A DNA stretch of 44,568 nt from Snowella sp. (GCA_035285545.1 JAYKGY010000126.1:1-44568); one strand, 5' to 3'. Shown: positions 19,701 through 29,204, numbered from the stretch's first letter. The notes: generated by a model from the letters alone, not told the origin. Program-made: numbers and translations.

Positions 19701-20213
19701 TTCGTTAACTGAATAATAAATTCGTTGACGGGGCGGATTACCACGGACTTCACTCAGAATTACGCTACCCAGTTTTAAGTTTTTTCCAGATACCGCTTCG
19801 GCTTGTTTTAACATCTCTGGGCTAATGAGACGCATATAGGCGATTTCTTGACCTTGCTCATTGGCAATACTAATAATCGACAATAGGGAACAGGTGTTAA
19901 TTTGTAGCCATAACTGTTTTTTTAATGAATTTAAGTCTTGAATATTAAAATTGTCCTGTTGAATGGATTGAGCATTCGCTTTAACGATTTGTTGTTGTTC
20001 TTGCAAAATAATATCGAGGCGATCGCGAATTCGGGCCGTTGCTTGATCCATCATCTGCTTCGCTAAATCGGCAACAGCAGCCTGTCCACTGCGATAGGAA
20101 AAATATCCAACTAAAGCGACTGCCCCAACAATTTGTAAGACAAAAGGAAGCACCAAAACCCATTTGAGTGGGATATTTTTGAAAGGATTTTTGGAAATAG
20201 CGGGACTTCCCAT
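16767..20213 (-). CDS. Membrane-bound diguanylate cyclase (TM-Cache-TM-HAMP-4xPAS-GGDEF)
   Basis: Two TM segments flank a Cache-like region (DPRQMDWY...WSPIY). Then HAMP (IARPIKQL...LAHSFNQM), four PAS/PAC repeats ending in DIT/DIS, DGLTQIANRR, DVDFFKSYND.YGH..GD and RSMDLVARFGGEEF. The start is uncertain (ATG 20213 versus TTG 20252). Confidence 0.93.
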   Translation of the reverse strand: MGSPAISKNPFKNIPLKWVLVLPFVLQIVGAVALVGYFSYRSGQAAVADLAKQMMDQATARIRDRLDIILQEQQQIVKANAQSIQQDNFNIQDLNSLKKQLWLQINTCSLLSIISIANEQGQEIAYMRLISPEMLKQAEAVSGKNLKLGSVILSEVRGNPPRQRIYYSVNEKGQAEQVIYQVSLDPRQMDWYLVGKNFRKQMWSPIYFYRVIPSLGLNAVNPIYDAQQNLQGVLSTSVPLSDLGLFLSQLDFSPSGQAFILEPSGALVATSTGESPFIPSANGQLQRLPATQSQNPVTRAIALQLQERFGNLSSIQSHEGFKASLDGKNLFAQVEPYQDSYGLNWRVVTVIPEADFMGEIWGNLRRTLMLSGLTLLSTILIGFLTARWIARPIKQLSLTSEALAQGNWQDSLSEDSAIAELKSLAHSFNQMAIQVRQSFQQVEEELQGSRVLYQQVVQTQTDFILRSQPDTTITFANPALCDALGCTLEEIIGLKWINFVDPDDLEIVNQKIKHLSPENPSFVAENRDQRKNYQIGWTQWINLGLFNEQGQLSEIQSVGRDITPLKQTQLALQESQHFIERITQITPNLLYIYDLEEQRNIYANRTVGELLGYSTTEIQSLGADLFSTICHPEDLPRVYAAIADIQKLPSGEFLEIEYRIRDSQGHWRWIYSRDTVFARTDEGKVKQTLGTSQDITARKHAEIENLRTQNFLHSIIENLPDMVFVKDAETLKFVRLNKAGEDLLGYEREELLGKSDYDLFPPEQAEFFIAKDRDVLAKGTVLEIDEEWIQTRHQGQRLLHTKKIPILDESGNSKYLLGISVDITEQTELANRLTELARHIPGMIYQFRMRADGSFHFPYASEGIWDIYEVTPEEVKNDASQVLSVLHPDDLDRVYQSILDSAANLTLWHCEYRVCLANGQLIWALGEASPQREIDGSTIWHGYIKDISDAKRRETERQQAEMALQKAEMELRQANQELERLVNIDGLTQIANRRCFDRYLTQEWQRLCREQHPLSLLLIDVDFFKSYNDHYGHLMGDQCLIQLAQTIQRSVNRSMDLVARFGGEEFAVILPNTPLAGAIAVSERIHQVIRDLNLVHPVSAISQQVTLSLGVASLVPHSQYSPELLIDQADRALYLAKQQGRNQSVIFS

Positions 20214-20451
20214 GTAAAGCGAAATAATGAGGATTAAAGCCAATAAAGCCAATAAATATTATATTTTAAGATTCAATTTTCACGCCATGACAGCAGACTC
20301 ATTCATGATAAATCAGATCAACCAAATTGATAATTGGGGGAAGATTAATTTTTATGAATGCTGTACCAATAAAAGATTGAAAAATTTGCAGGGTGATGAG
20401 TGATTCATCTCTATCGTTTAGTCTGGCTTAAACAGAATCATTACAAAAATT

Positions 20452-23400
20452 TTAACTGGCTTCAGGATTCACTTTTCGCAAAATCGTTGAAGGAGCAGTT
20501 TCGGTAGGAGAAAAAATCGCATTCAGTGCCCCATTTAAGGTTTTAGACATGGCAATTTGATTTTCATAAACGACGACCACCCTGGCTAAGGTGGGTAAAC
20601 TATTTTTCTCAGCTTCTAAATACAACGGCTCTACGTACAACAAAGATTGCTCAATGGGAATCACTAATAAATTTCCTTGTAATACCCGTGAACCTTCCCG
20701 ATTCCAAAGGGTAATTTGTTCCGAAATCACCGGATCTTGATTAATTAAGGCTTCAATTTGGGCGGGCCCATACACCAAGAAATCCTTGGGCAAGGTATAG
20801 AGAATTAATTTCCCGTAATTTTCCTGATCAGAACGGGCAAACAGTAGCGCAATTAAATTATTCCGCGCAATAGGAGTATAGACATGGGACAGGACAAATT
20901 CTTCGGCGCGTTCTCCCACCCCAGCTAGGTTCATAATTAAATAATAGGGCGCGATCGGTTTTTGTTTTTCGCCATAGATTTCTTGAGGAATTTGCCATTG
21001 GTCTTCTCGATTATAAAAAACCTTACTATCGGTCATGTGGTAGGTTAATAGGCGATCGGATTGGGTACTAAATAAATCAATGGGATACCGAATATGGGCC
21101 TTTAAACCCGCAGGCATTTCCGCAAAGGTTTTAAAGAGGGTCGGGAAAATTTTACGCCAGGTTTGAATTAAGGGATCGGTTTCATCCATGACATAAAACC
21201 TAACATCGCCATTGTAGGCATCCACAACAATTTTGACGGAATTACGAATATAGTTAAAATTGCGATCGCCGCTGTCCGAATAGGGATAATAACTCGTGGT
21301 AGTGTAGGCATCAATAATCCAATAGAGGGTACTTTTACTCACCGAATTTGTATTAGCTGTGACGAGATAGGGATCGCGATCAAAACGGAGAAAAGGTGCT
21401 AACGCCCGAATACGATGATTAATATTACGGCGAAATAAAATTTTAGTATCGGGGTTAAAGTTGCGAGTAAAAAGCATTTGCCAATCCTTTAAATAAAAGG
21501 CAAACAAAAAGCGATTTAACGTATTTCCTAAGCGAATTCCCCCCGTTCCATCATAGATGTTGTAAACATTATCCTGACCACTCGGAAAATCAAACTCTTT
21601 AACCTTCGTATTCGTCATCACGTAAGTATCGGTTAATTCCCCAAAATAAAGACGGGGTTTCCCAATGGGAATACTGGTGCGGATTAACTCACTAGAGGTT
21701 TTTAATGCAGATTCTTCGGTGGCGGTGCCAATATCTTTTACAAAATAAAAGGGTAACCCACCTTGATCGACTAAATTAACAGGTGAAAGGGTAAAACCAT
21801 AACCATGGGTATAGGTTAAATGTTCATTGACCCAGGTTTGGGCTTCAGGAGGAACCGCATTATAATCTAACTCCCTGGGCGCAATTAAAACCTGTTGTTT
21901 CGTAGTGGAAACATTTCCATCCTCAGCTTCAACTTTAATGGTATAACGGTCTAAATCTGCATCAGGAAATTGATAATAAAGCCGAATTTGTTGGAGTTGG
22001 CGATTGGTTTTTAATAACGGTAAGGGATCCCAAAGCCGAATATTATTTAACGTCAAACGATTATTCTCTAAATCTGTTTGGGTTAGCGTCCCTTTTCCTG
22101 ACAACATTAAGGGTTGAATAGCAGATAAATTAAAGGCATCACGGGTTGCGGCAATACTGCGATCGATATAGGGGGCTTCTCTGGTTAATTGATTGGGTTG
22201 AACGGCTAATAATTCAACACTGACACTCAGAATCGATTTAAAAATGATTAAGGCGATATAAAGATAAATAGGGACTAAATTAAGTCTTAAATATTTTTTT
22301 CCCACAACGGGTCGCTTGTTAACTGTGGGTAATTTATTTATCCATTGGCGATTCCAAAATGCCGGAGGTTGATTTTGCCAACCGTATCGACTTTGATACA
22401 GTAACCAAACCCCTAAGCCAAGGCTGAAGAAAGCCAAAATCGTATCTAGGGGTAAACGAACATGGAGATCGGTATATCCTGCCCCATAAAAGACTTCATG
22501 GCGGGAATAGAGGAGTTGATAACGGTTGAGCCAATGGCGAACTCCAATGGTCAGCAGCAAAAATGCACTCAGACGGGCTAAGTGTTGCAATTGTAAGTGA
22601 TTAAAACCGGGAAAACGCCCTTCCGATAAATGATTATTGCCTTGTAAGTAGAGGGTTGAAACCAGAAGTAAAGCAAAGAGAAATAACCCCCCTAACCACA
22701 CATCTAACAGTTTCCACAAAGGCAGGCTAAAAACATAAAAACTAAGGTTGTGATGGAATTGGGGATCGTTATTAAGAAAGGGGGTTTGATAGATAAACTT
22801 GATCACTCTTGTCCAGTTTCCGGCAACGATGCTTCCTAAGATAAAACTAAATCCTAAGGAAATAATTTTGAGTGAGAAACGGGGCTTTAGAGTAAGGGAG
22901 ATTAATAAAACTAACGCAGCGATCAGGATAGAGGTGTAGCGTTCAATATTGCTGAGGAAACGGGGAAAGAGAGCCAGACTGAAGGGTTTCGGAACAGGGG
23001 GAGTCAGATCGGGAAGGGTAAAATCGGATGTCCAATCGGCGATCGCGACTTTACTGTAATAGAGCACCATTAAGCTGATAACGAGATTGATCCCAATCAC
23101 GAGCGTTAAGAGAATGGGCAAATTAACAGGACGAGTCTGAGACTGAGGGATCGTTGGGGGGATATCGGGGATGGGCAAAAATCGGGATCTGACCCCTGGG
23201 AGAACTAACTGCTCGGCGGGAGTCTCCGTCGGGATAGGGGTTAACAAACGCTGGGCGATCGCCAAATGATGCCAACAAAATCCCAAAGAACAAGCGGTCG
23301 TTACGGCTAATAAGATACTTTGCCAGCTTAACCGTGTAAGAAAAATTGATAAATAATCTAACTCCCGAAACCATAAAATTTCAGCCGAGAGGTTAGCAAT

Positions 23401-23469
23401 CAGTTCAATGCCAATTCCCACCATCAGGAGAATCATTAATATACGCCACGGCGATCGCAATCTAACCAT
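20452..23469 (-). CDS. UPF0182 family membrane protein
   Basis: EILWFRELDY, DPQF..NLSFYVF.LP, GAGYTD, NIRLWDP, HLTYTHGYG, NYIRNSVK, FYNRED.W and GNLLVIPI. Start uncertain. Confidence 0.92.
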   Translation of the reverse strand: MVRLRSPWRILMILLMVGIGIELIANLSAEILWFRELDYLSIFLTRLSWQSILLAVTTACSLGFCWHHLAIAQRLLTPIPTETPAEQLVLPGVRSRFLPIPDIPPTIPQSQTRPVNLPILLTLVIGINLVISLMVLYYSKVAIADWTSDFTLPDLTPPVPKPFSLALFPRFLSNIERYTSILIAALVLLISLTLKPRFSLKIISLGFSFILGSIVAGNWTRVIKFIYQTPFLNNDPQFHHNLSFYVFSLPLWKLLDVWLGGLFLFALLLVSTLYLQGNNHLSEGRFPGFNHLQLQHLARLSAFLLLTIGVRHWLNRYQLLYSRHEVFYGAGYTDLHVRLPLDTILAFFSLGLGVWLLYQSRYGWQNQPPAFWNRQWINKLPTVNKRPVVGKKYLRLNLVPIYLYIALIIFKSILSVSVELLAVQPNQLTREAPYIDRSIAATRDAFNLSAIQPLMLSGKGTLTQTDLENNRLTLNNIRLWDPLPLLKTNRQLQQIRLYYQFPDADLDRYTIKVEAEDGNVSTTKQQVLIAPRELDYNAVPPEAQTWVNEHLTYTHGYGFTLSPVNLVDQGGLPFYFVKDIGTATEESALKTSSELIRTSIPIGKPRLYFGELTDTYVMTNTKVKEFDFPSGQDNVYNIYDGTGGIRLGNTLNRFLFAFYLKDWQMLFTRNFNPDTKILFRRNINHRIRALAPFLRFDRDPYLVTANTNSVSKSTLYWIIDAYTTTSYYPYSDSGDRNFNYIRNSVKIVVDAYNGDVRFYVMDETDPLIQTWRKIFPTLFKTFAEMPAGLKAHIRYPIDLFSTQSDRLLTYHMTDSKVFYNREDQWQIPQEIYGEKQKPIAPYYLIMNLAGVGERAEEFVLSHVYTPIARNNLIALLFARSDQENYGKLILYTLPKDFLVYGPAQIEALINQDPVISEQITLWNREGSRVLQGNLLVIPIEQSLLYVEPLYLEAEKNSLPTLARVVVVYENQIAMSKTLNGALNAIFSPTETAPSTILRKVNPEAS

Positions 23470-23644
23470 GAATCTAGCCCTACGCTCAATATTGTTGGTA
23501 TTTTTGGGGTTCAACCCTTACTTTGTTGAGAATTTAGAGATTGTTTGAACTTTAAGAAAATAATTTTAGAAACGCCCTAATAGTATTACTCTAATCGCTA
23601 AGTTTACTGATTGGATGATGCAAGCGAAGACAACACATTTAACG

Positions 23645-26569
23645 TTATGTATCCTGATGGGCAGGGTGTTGCTGCAACGCTTGGGCTAAATACTGTCCTG
23701 TATAGGATTGCGGATTTTGAGCAACGGTTTCGGGCGTTCCAATGGCCATAATTTGGCCGCCGCGATCGCCGCCTTCGGGCCCTAGATCAATAATCCAATC
23801 ACTACAGCGAATCACATCTAAATTATGTTCGATCACCAAAATAGAATTGCCTTTATCCACTAAACGTTGCAAAATATCGAGTAAATGGTGAACATCATAG
23901 AAGGATAGCCCCGTTGTCGGCTCATCAATTAAATACAAGGTCTTACCCGTCGCCCGTCGAGAGAGTTCACTTGCTAATTTGACCCGTTGCGCCTCTCCTC
24001 CTGATAAGGTAGGGGCCGGTTGACCGAGTTTGACGTAACCTAAACCCACATCTACCAAGGTTTGTAAGCGACTGGAGGCACGGGGAATATTTTCAAATAC
24101 TTTTAACGCTTCTTCGGCGGTTAATTCCAACACATCCGCAATGGATAAACCCTTATATTTAACCTGTAAGGTCTCGCGGTTGTACCTTGCGCCTTTGCAA
24201 ACATCACATTGAACATAGACATCCGGTAAAAAATTCATTTCGATGACATTAACCCCTTGACCCGCACAAGCTTCACAGCGTCCGCCCTTGACATTAAACG
24301 AAAACTGACCAGGTTTGTATCCTCTGGCTTTAGCTTCAATGCTTTGGGCAAAAATATCGCGAATTGGGTCGAAAATGCCTGTATAGGTGGCAGGATTAGA
24401 ACGGGGTGTGCGGCCAATGGGAGATTGGTCAATGACAATAACTTTGTCGATCGCGTCTAAACCGTCAACTGCTCCTAAACATTTGGGAAACGGCGTTTGA
24501 CGAGTTAAATGGTGTTGCAAAGCAGGATGGAGCAATTCATTGATTAAGGTTGATTTCCCCGAACCGGAAACCCCTGTAACGCAAACCAATTTACCCAAGG
24601 GAATTTCGACATCAATATGCTGTAAATTGTTTTGATGACAATCTTTGAGCGTTAAGGAAAGGCCATTGCCATAGCGACGCACAGGCGGCGTTTCGATCAC
24701 TCGTTTTCCCGATAAATAGGCTCCGGTTAAGGATTCCTTACTTTTGAGCAAGCTTTTGAGATCACCCTGACAAACAATTTCTCCGCCATGAATACCGGCT
24801 TTTGGCCCGATATCCACTAAATGATCGGCCATACGGATGGTATCTTCATCATGCTCTACCACAACCAAGGTATTGCCCAGATCCCGCAGTTTTTTGAGGG
24901 TTTCCAAAAGGCGACCATTATCCCGTTGATGGAGTCCAATACTCGGCTCATCCAAAACGTATAACACTCCCGTTAAACCCGAACCAATCTGGGTGGCTAG
25001 GCGAATGCGTTGGGCTTCTCCCCCAGAAAGGGTCATGGCAGCGCGATCGAGGGTGAGGTAATCTAACCCCACATCAATCAGAAACTGTAATCTGGCTCTG
25101 ATTTCTTTTAGGGCTAATTCGCCAATTAATGCCTGACGAGTGGTTAATTTTAAGTTATTCACCCGTTCTAAACTTTCGCGGATTGATTCACAGGTTAAAT
25201 CCGTAATGCGATATTGGCCTAAACGGACGGAAAGGGCTTCGGGTTTTAATCGTTTGGCCTGACAGGTTTCACAGGGTTGATGAACAATATATTTTTCGAG
25301 TTTTTGTTTAATAACGTCAGAGGTGGTTTCCTGATAGTTGCGGTCTAGGGTGGTTAAAATGCCTGGAAATTTGCGATAGTAACCTTTGCCTTTTTGATAG
25401 CGGGAATCTTCTTCAAACCAAACGGGTTCTTCGCTGCCGTGTAATAAAATTTCCTGTTGTTCTGGGGTTAATTTATTCCAAGGGGTTTGTATTGTAAATC
25501 CAAAGGTTTGACCCAAACTATAAAGCAGGGATAAATAATAGGAATTTTCTTTGTCTGACCAGGGCGCGATCGCGGAATAAACGGGTTGAGAGGGATCGGG
25601 AATGACTAAATCGGCCGAAAAGGTGCGTAAATTGCCTAAACCATGACACTGGGGACAAGCACCGTAGGGGGAATTAAAAGAGAATAAACGGGGAGATAAT
25701 TCATCCATCACTGCCCCATGTTCAGGACAGGCAAAATTTTCCGAAAAAACAATTTCTTTACTGTCGGGAACCAAATAAAGCTCAGGTTTTTCAGCCGCTA
25801 ATAAGGTTTTATTTTCAGGCGTTTCGGTTTTCTTCTCCTCAGTATCGTTGAGAATTTCAATAATGGCGGTTCCTTCTGCCTGTTTTAATGCGGTGGTCAA
25901 GGAATCGGTTAAGCGTTCTTCGATGCCTTCTCGTTTAATCAGTCGATCAATAACCACTTCGATATGGTGGGCATGATTTTTCGGTAACTCAATAGAATCC
26001 GATAATTCCCGCACTTCCCCATTAATTCGCACCCTAACGAAACCCTGGGAAGCTAAACTCGACAATAATTGTTTATGGGTTCCTTTTTTCCCCCGAACCA
26101 CAGGAGCTAGAATCTGAAACTTGGTTCTGTCGGGTAGGGTCATGACGCGATCGCACATCTCGTCAATGGTCTGGGGGGCAATATTGCGATCGCAGTGGGG
26201 ACAATGGGGGCTACCTGCTCGGCCAAACAGTAACCGCAGATAATCATAAATTTCGGTGACGGTTCCAACCGTTGAACGGGGATTGTGGGAAGTGGATTTT
26301 TGATCAATAGAAATCGCAGGACTTAACCCTTCAATCGCATCCACATCCGGTTTATCCAACTGTCCTAAAAACTGCCGCGCATAGGCACTGAGGGATTCTA
26401 CATAACGCCGCTGCCCTTCCGCAAAAATGGTATCAAACGCCAGGGAAGATTTGCCTGAACCTGAAACCCCCGTAAAAACAATGAGGCGATCGCGGGGGAG
26501 GTCTAGATTCACATTTTTGAGATTATGCTGTCTGGCTCCTCGGATGCGAATAGTGTTGAGTTCGGGCAT
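23645..26569 (-). CDS. uvrA: Excinuclease ABC subunit A
   Basis: GARQHNLKN, two GVSGSGKS Walker A motifs, two LSGGEAQR signatures and zinc fingers. Confidence 0.99.
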   Translation of the reverse strand: MPELNTIRIRGARQHNLKNVNLDLPRDRLIVFTGVSGSGKSSLAFDTIFAEGQRRYVESLSAYARQFLGQLDKPDVDAIEGLSPAISIDQKSTSHNPRSTVGTVTEIYDYLRLLFGRAGSPHCPHCDRNIAPQTIDEMCDRVMTLPDRTKFQILAPVVRGKKGTHKQLLSSLASQGFVRVRINGEVRELSDSIELPKNHAHHIEVVIDRLIKREGIEERLTDSLTTALKQAEGTAIIEILNDTEEKKTETPENKTLLAAEKPELYLVPDSKEIVFSENFACPEHGAVMDELSPRLFSFNSPYGACPQCHGLGNLRTFSADLVIPDPSQPVYSAIAPWSDKENSYYLSLLYSLGQTFGFTIQTPWNKLTPEQQEILLHGSEEPVWFEEDSRYQKGKGYYRKFPGILTTLDRNYQETTSDVIKQKLEKYIVHQPCETCQAKRLKPEALSVRLGQYRITDLTCESIRESLERVNNLKLTTRQALIGELALKEIRARLQFLIDVGLDYLTLDRAAMTLSGGEAQRIRLATQIGSGLTGVLYVLDEPSIGLHQRDNGRLLETLKKLRDLGNTLVVVEHDEDTIRMADHLVDIGPKAGIHGGEIVCQGDLKSLLKSKESLTGAYLSGKRVIETPPVRRYGNGLSLTLKDCHQNNLQHIDVEIPLGKLVCVTGVSGSGKSTLINELLHPALQHHLTRQTPFPKCLGAVDGLDAIDKVIVIDQSPIGRTPRSNPATYTGIFDPIRDIFAQSIEAKARGYKPGQFSFNVKGGRCEACAGQGVNVIEMNFLPDVYVQCDVCKGARYNRETLQVKYKGLSIADVLELTAEEALKVFENIPRASSRLQTLVDVGLGYVKLGQPAPTLSGGEAQRVKLASELSRRATGKTLYLIDEPTTGLSFYDVHHLLDILQRLVDKGNSILVIEHNLDVIRCSDWIIDLGPEGGDRGGQIMAIGTPETVAQNPQSYTGQYLAQALQQHPAHQDT

Positions 26570-26737
26570 GGGCGATCGCGTTTAAAAATATGTCTTAATC
26601 TTTCTTGACGATCTTAACAGGTATTTTACGGTTGACAAATTTAACCACTTTTCTGTACAGTAGCTCTTTTGACGGTGGGCATCTAAATTAAATTTAATTT
26701 TTCTATTATGTCAAATGCATTACTGTCAAGTACCCCA

Positions 26738-26911
26738 TATCTAGGCGTTGCCGAAGCGTTGAGTGTTTTTGATGTGGATATTTGTCTTTTTGGTAAGCCC
26801 GATTCCCGTCCCTACCGTCGGATGGGGGTTGCTCTCGCTAAGGCTGAAACGACTGAGTTGGCCCGTGCTAAAGCGACTCATGCGGCCAGTCAAATTGTTA
26901 TTGTAGAGTGA
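26738..26911 (+). pseudogene. purT: Orphan 3' fragment of formate-dependent GAR transformylase
   Basis: YLGVAEALSVFDVDICLFGKPDSRPYRRMGVALAKAETTELARAKATHAASQI matches the PurT C-terminal LFGKP...RRMGVALA...AR.KA..AA motif. About 57 codons only, with non-coding-looking sequence upstream. Confidence 0.85.
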
Positions 26912-26930
26912 CTTAATGCGATCGCGCTGT

Positions 26931-27659
26931 TCACGAGAGTTGTTTAAGTTTTTTTTCCAAAAAATATATGACATATTGACAGTAGGGCGCATACTTACCA
27001 TTTTTGAGTTGTGAATAATTCTTAATTTCATTTTCGATGCTTCTTTTAGACCAAGATCTATTCGGATATTTGCTTTCAAGCTTTATAATTATTGCACTAT
27101 AAGCTTCTTTTCTAGCTTTTTTGATAGCATTTAAATTCAAGTTTAAAACTTCTTTCAGGTCGTGATTAATATCAGCATTATTGGAATAAATTTCACCACT
27201 AGATGTGTACTCAATTAATATTTCACAATTTCTAACAGAGTCGGCTGGATTAATTTTTAAAATCGTATTTCCTTGTTTAGTATCACAGTGCTGTGAATCA
27301 AGCGGTTTACCGCTACCACCATTGCAGGCAGCAAGCATATTATAATAATTTAAATCTAAATTTTCTTGTTTTACTTTTTGTTTATCTTCATCTGAAACTG
27401 GATTTTGAGGAAATATATGGGCAATTTTTGTTGTCTCATTACTATCTTTTATTCTGCACATACAAAAACAGCAAATATATCCCTGCTCTTTTAACAAGGA
27501 TTGTCGAAGTTCATCTTTACCTACAAATGTAACTTCACCATCTTTTTGTTCACGGAAATTCTTATATTTTGGAGTTCTTCCAGCAGCTTTTTCCAATAAA
27601 ATAAAGCTATGAAGAGACTGAATTACTAAAGGATTAGGTTGTTTATGAATTCTTTTCAT
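26931..27659 (-). CDS. PtuB-like HNH endonuclease (TIGR02646-like)
   Basis: LRQSLLKEQGYICCFCM.RI, IAHIFPQ, LNYYNMLAAC, HCD..QG, INP and LNLN. Starts 3 bp after the ATPase stop. Confidence 0.85.
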   Translation of the reverse strand: MKRIHKQPNPLVIQSLHSFILLEKAAGRTPKYKNFREQKDGEVTFVGKDELRQSLLKEQGYICCFCMCRIKDSNETTKIAHIFPQNPVSDEDKQKVKQENLDLNYYNMLAACNGGSGKPLDSQHCDTKQGNTILKINPADSVRNCEILIEYTSSGEIYSNNADINHDLKEVLNLNLNAIKKARKEAYSAIIIKLESKYPNRSWSKRSIENEIKNYSQLKNGKYAPYCQYVIYFLEKKLKQLS

Positions 27660-27662
27660 TTA

Positions 27663-29000
27663 TTAATTCTCCATAAAATGAAATACGCTTTCAGCCCGTA
27701 CAACGGCTGTGTCATTTTCTCCCAAAAGATTAGATAATTCTTTTAGAGATTCTTTTGCTTCATCCCATTTTTCATCATCTATTAAATCTAAACAATGGTC
27801 AATTTTTCGTTGAGACCATTCAGGTCTTTCTTTAACATTAAATATCTCAGAAAGAATTGAGTTACTATCGCGGCCAAGAGTATGGGGAGAATATTCCAAT
27901 AATTTTCCATTTTCTAAAATAAAAACACTTTCTCGCGGAACTTCACTTAATACTTGAGGAGAGTGAGTCGTAACAATAAATTGGCAATTAGGAAAAGTTT
28001 TTGTAAGGGCAGGCAATACTCGCCGTTGCCACTGAGGGTGGAGATGTAAGTCAATTTCGTCGATTAAAACAATACCTGCGCCTTTTAAGGCATCTTCTCC
28101 TAATCCTGGATTAGCGATCGCCAAGCGTCGAGCAAGATCAGTCACTAACATTAACAACCTTTTTTCCCCATCTGATAATTTTTCAAGTTTGAAAGATTGA
28201 TTTTTTTTATCAATAAAAATTTCAGACTTGATTGAATTTTGACTTAATTTAGTAAAGTAAGTATCTGGTCGAATCTCTATTCGTTCAATTCTTAGATTTG
28301 AAAAATCCGAAATAAATAAATGCTCAAAAAACTCTTCAATACTTTTTTTGACAAGAACGATATTCTGATTTCTGTAGGAATCGTTCTCTCTTACTCGCCT
28401 TTCATTTTCAATATTTTCCTCGAATTCGTACCACGCTTTAAAGTCAGAAAAATCGTTAATAGCAATACTAAAACAAGAATAATAAGAAAGCATTTGGGTT
28501 ATTCTTGGGATTGTCTTATTCCCTAATTTTGTCGCTAATTTACTTTTTTGATATGCCTTATAATAACTAAAACAGGGATAACTCGTCCAAGGCATATCTT
28601 CAGTTTTATTGAAGAGGTTAGAAATAAAATTATCCAATGATAATTGATTTATTCTTTTTTTTTCAGAATTAATATCTTTAATTAAACTAACTTCAAAAGA
28701 TTCTGACTTTGTTTTAAATCTTGAATTAATAAGACAAGAGTAGTAAGAAGTTTGAATATCATCAAAATCTATATTTGATGAAAATCCTGTCATTCTGGAT
28801 GTTTTATTTTTATTTAGACTTTTATCTATTTGACTTATTTTTATGACAATAGAATTTAATGATTTAGCTATCACATCAAGCAATGATGATTTCCCCGCTC
28901 CATTTACGCCAATAATCACGGCTAAATTATTAACAGGAAATTTTATTGTAATGTCTTCTAGGCAACGAAAATTTTTAATTTCTAATTGTTCAATACGCAT
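27663..29000 (-). CDS. PtuA-like ABC/AAA ATPase
   Basis: MRIEQLEIKNFR, GVNGAGKSS, LSDGEK...DLARRL...NP, GIVLIDEIDLHLHPQWQ, FPNCQFIVTTHSPQV and GRDSNSIL.EIF. Very AT-rich. Confidence 0.9.
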   Translation of the reverse strand: MRIEQLEIKNFRCLEDITIKFPVNNLAVIIGVNGAGKSSLLDVIAKSLNSIVIKISQIDKSLNKNKTSRMTGFSSNIDFDDIQTSYYSCLINSRFKTKSESFEVSLIKDINSEKKRINQLSLDNFISNLFNKTEDMPWTSYPCFSYYKAYQKSKLATKLGNKTIPRITQMLSYYSCFSIAINDFSDFKAWYEFEENIENERRVRENDSYRNQNIVLVKKSIEEFFEHLFISDFSNLRIERIEIRPDTYFTKLSQNSIKSEIFIDKKNQSFKLEKLSDGEKRLLMLVTDLARRLAIANPGLGEDALKGAGIVLIDEIDLHLHPQWQRRVLPALTKTFPNCQFIVTTHSPQVLSEVPRESVFILENGKLLEYSPHTLGRDSNSILSEIFNVKERPEWSQRKIDHCLDLIDDEKWDEAKESLKELSNLLGENDTAVVRAESVFHFMEN

Positions 29001-29114
29001 AATTCATTTCCTCAGATCAACAAATACTAATACCTAATAGAAAAGTGTTCGCATCTTTTCATAACATAATTTAAAAAATAAAAAGTGATCGTATTATCAA
29101 CTAAAAAGAGATTA

Positions 29115-29204
29115 CTAGGCTAATAATAAACGTCCTTTTGGTTAAGAAATTGGCCTTTCTAATTCTTGGACAGTTTCAAGCTATTGTTGGATAATATGTT
29201 CTGC
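29115..29204 (-). pseudogene. Decayed HicB-family (UPF0150) antitoxin C-terminal remnant
   Basis: The minus strand reads AEHIIQQ*LETVQELERPIS*PKGRLLLA*. This matches the cyanobacterial HicB end (AE.IIQEWLETAQELGRPIPQPKGRL) with two nonsense codons. Confidence 0.7.

Noticed and set aside
26580..26670. LexA/SOS box upstream of uvrA
   Set aside because: TGTACAGTAG gives only a half match to the cyanobacterial RGTAC-N3-DGTWC consensus.
26725..26737. GTCAAGTACCCC resembling the start of IscB/IS200-605 (HEARO/omegaRNA) elements
   Set aside because: Only about 12 bp match. The expected following hairpin and nuclease gene are absent, and the sequence runs directly into purT codons.
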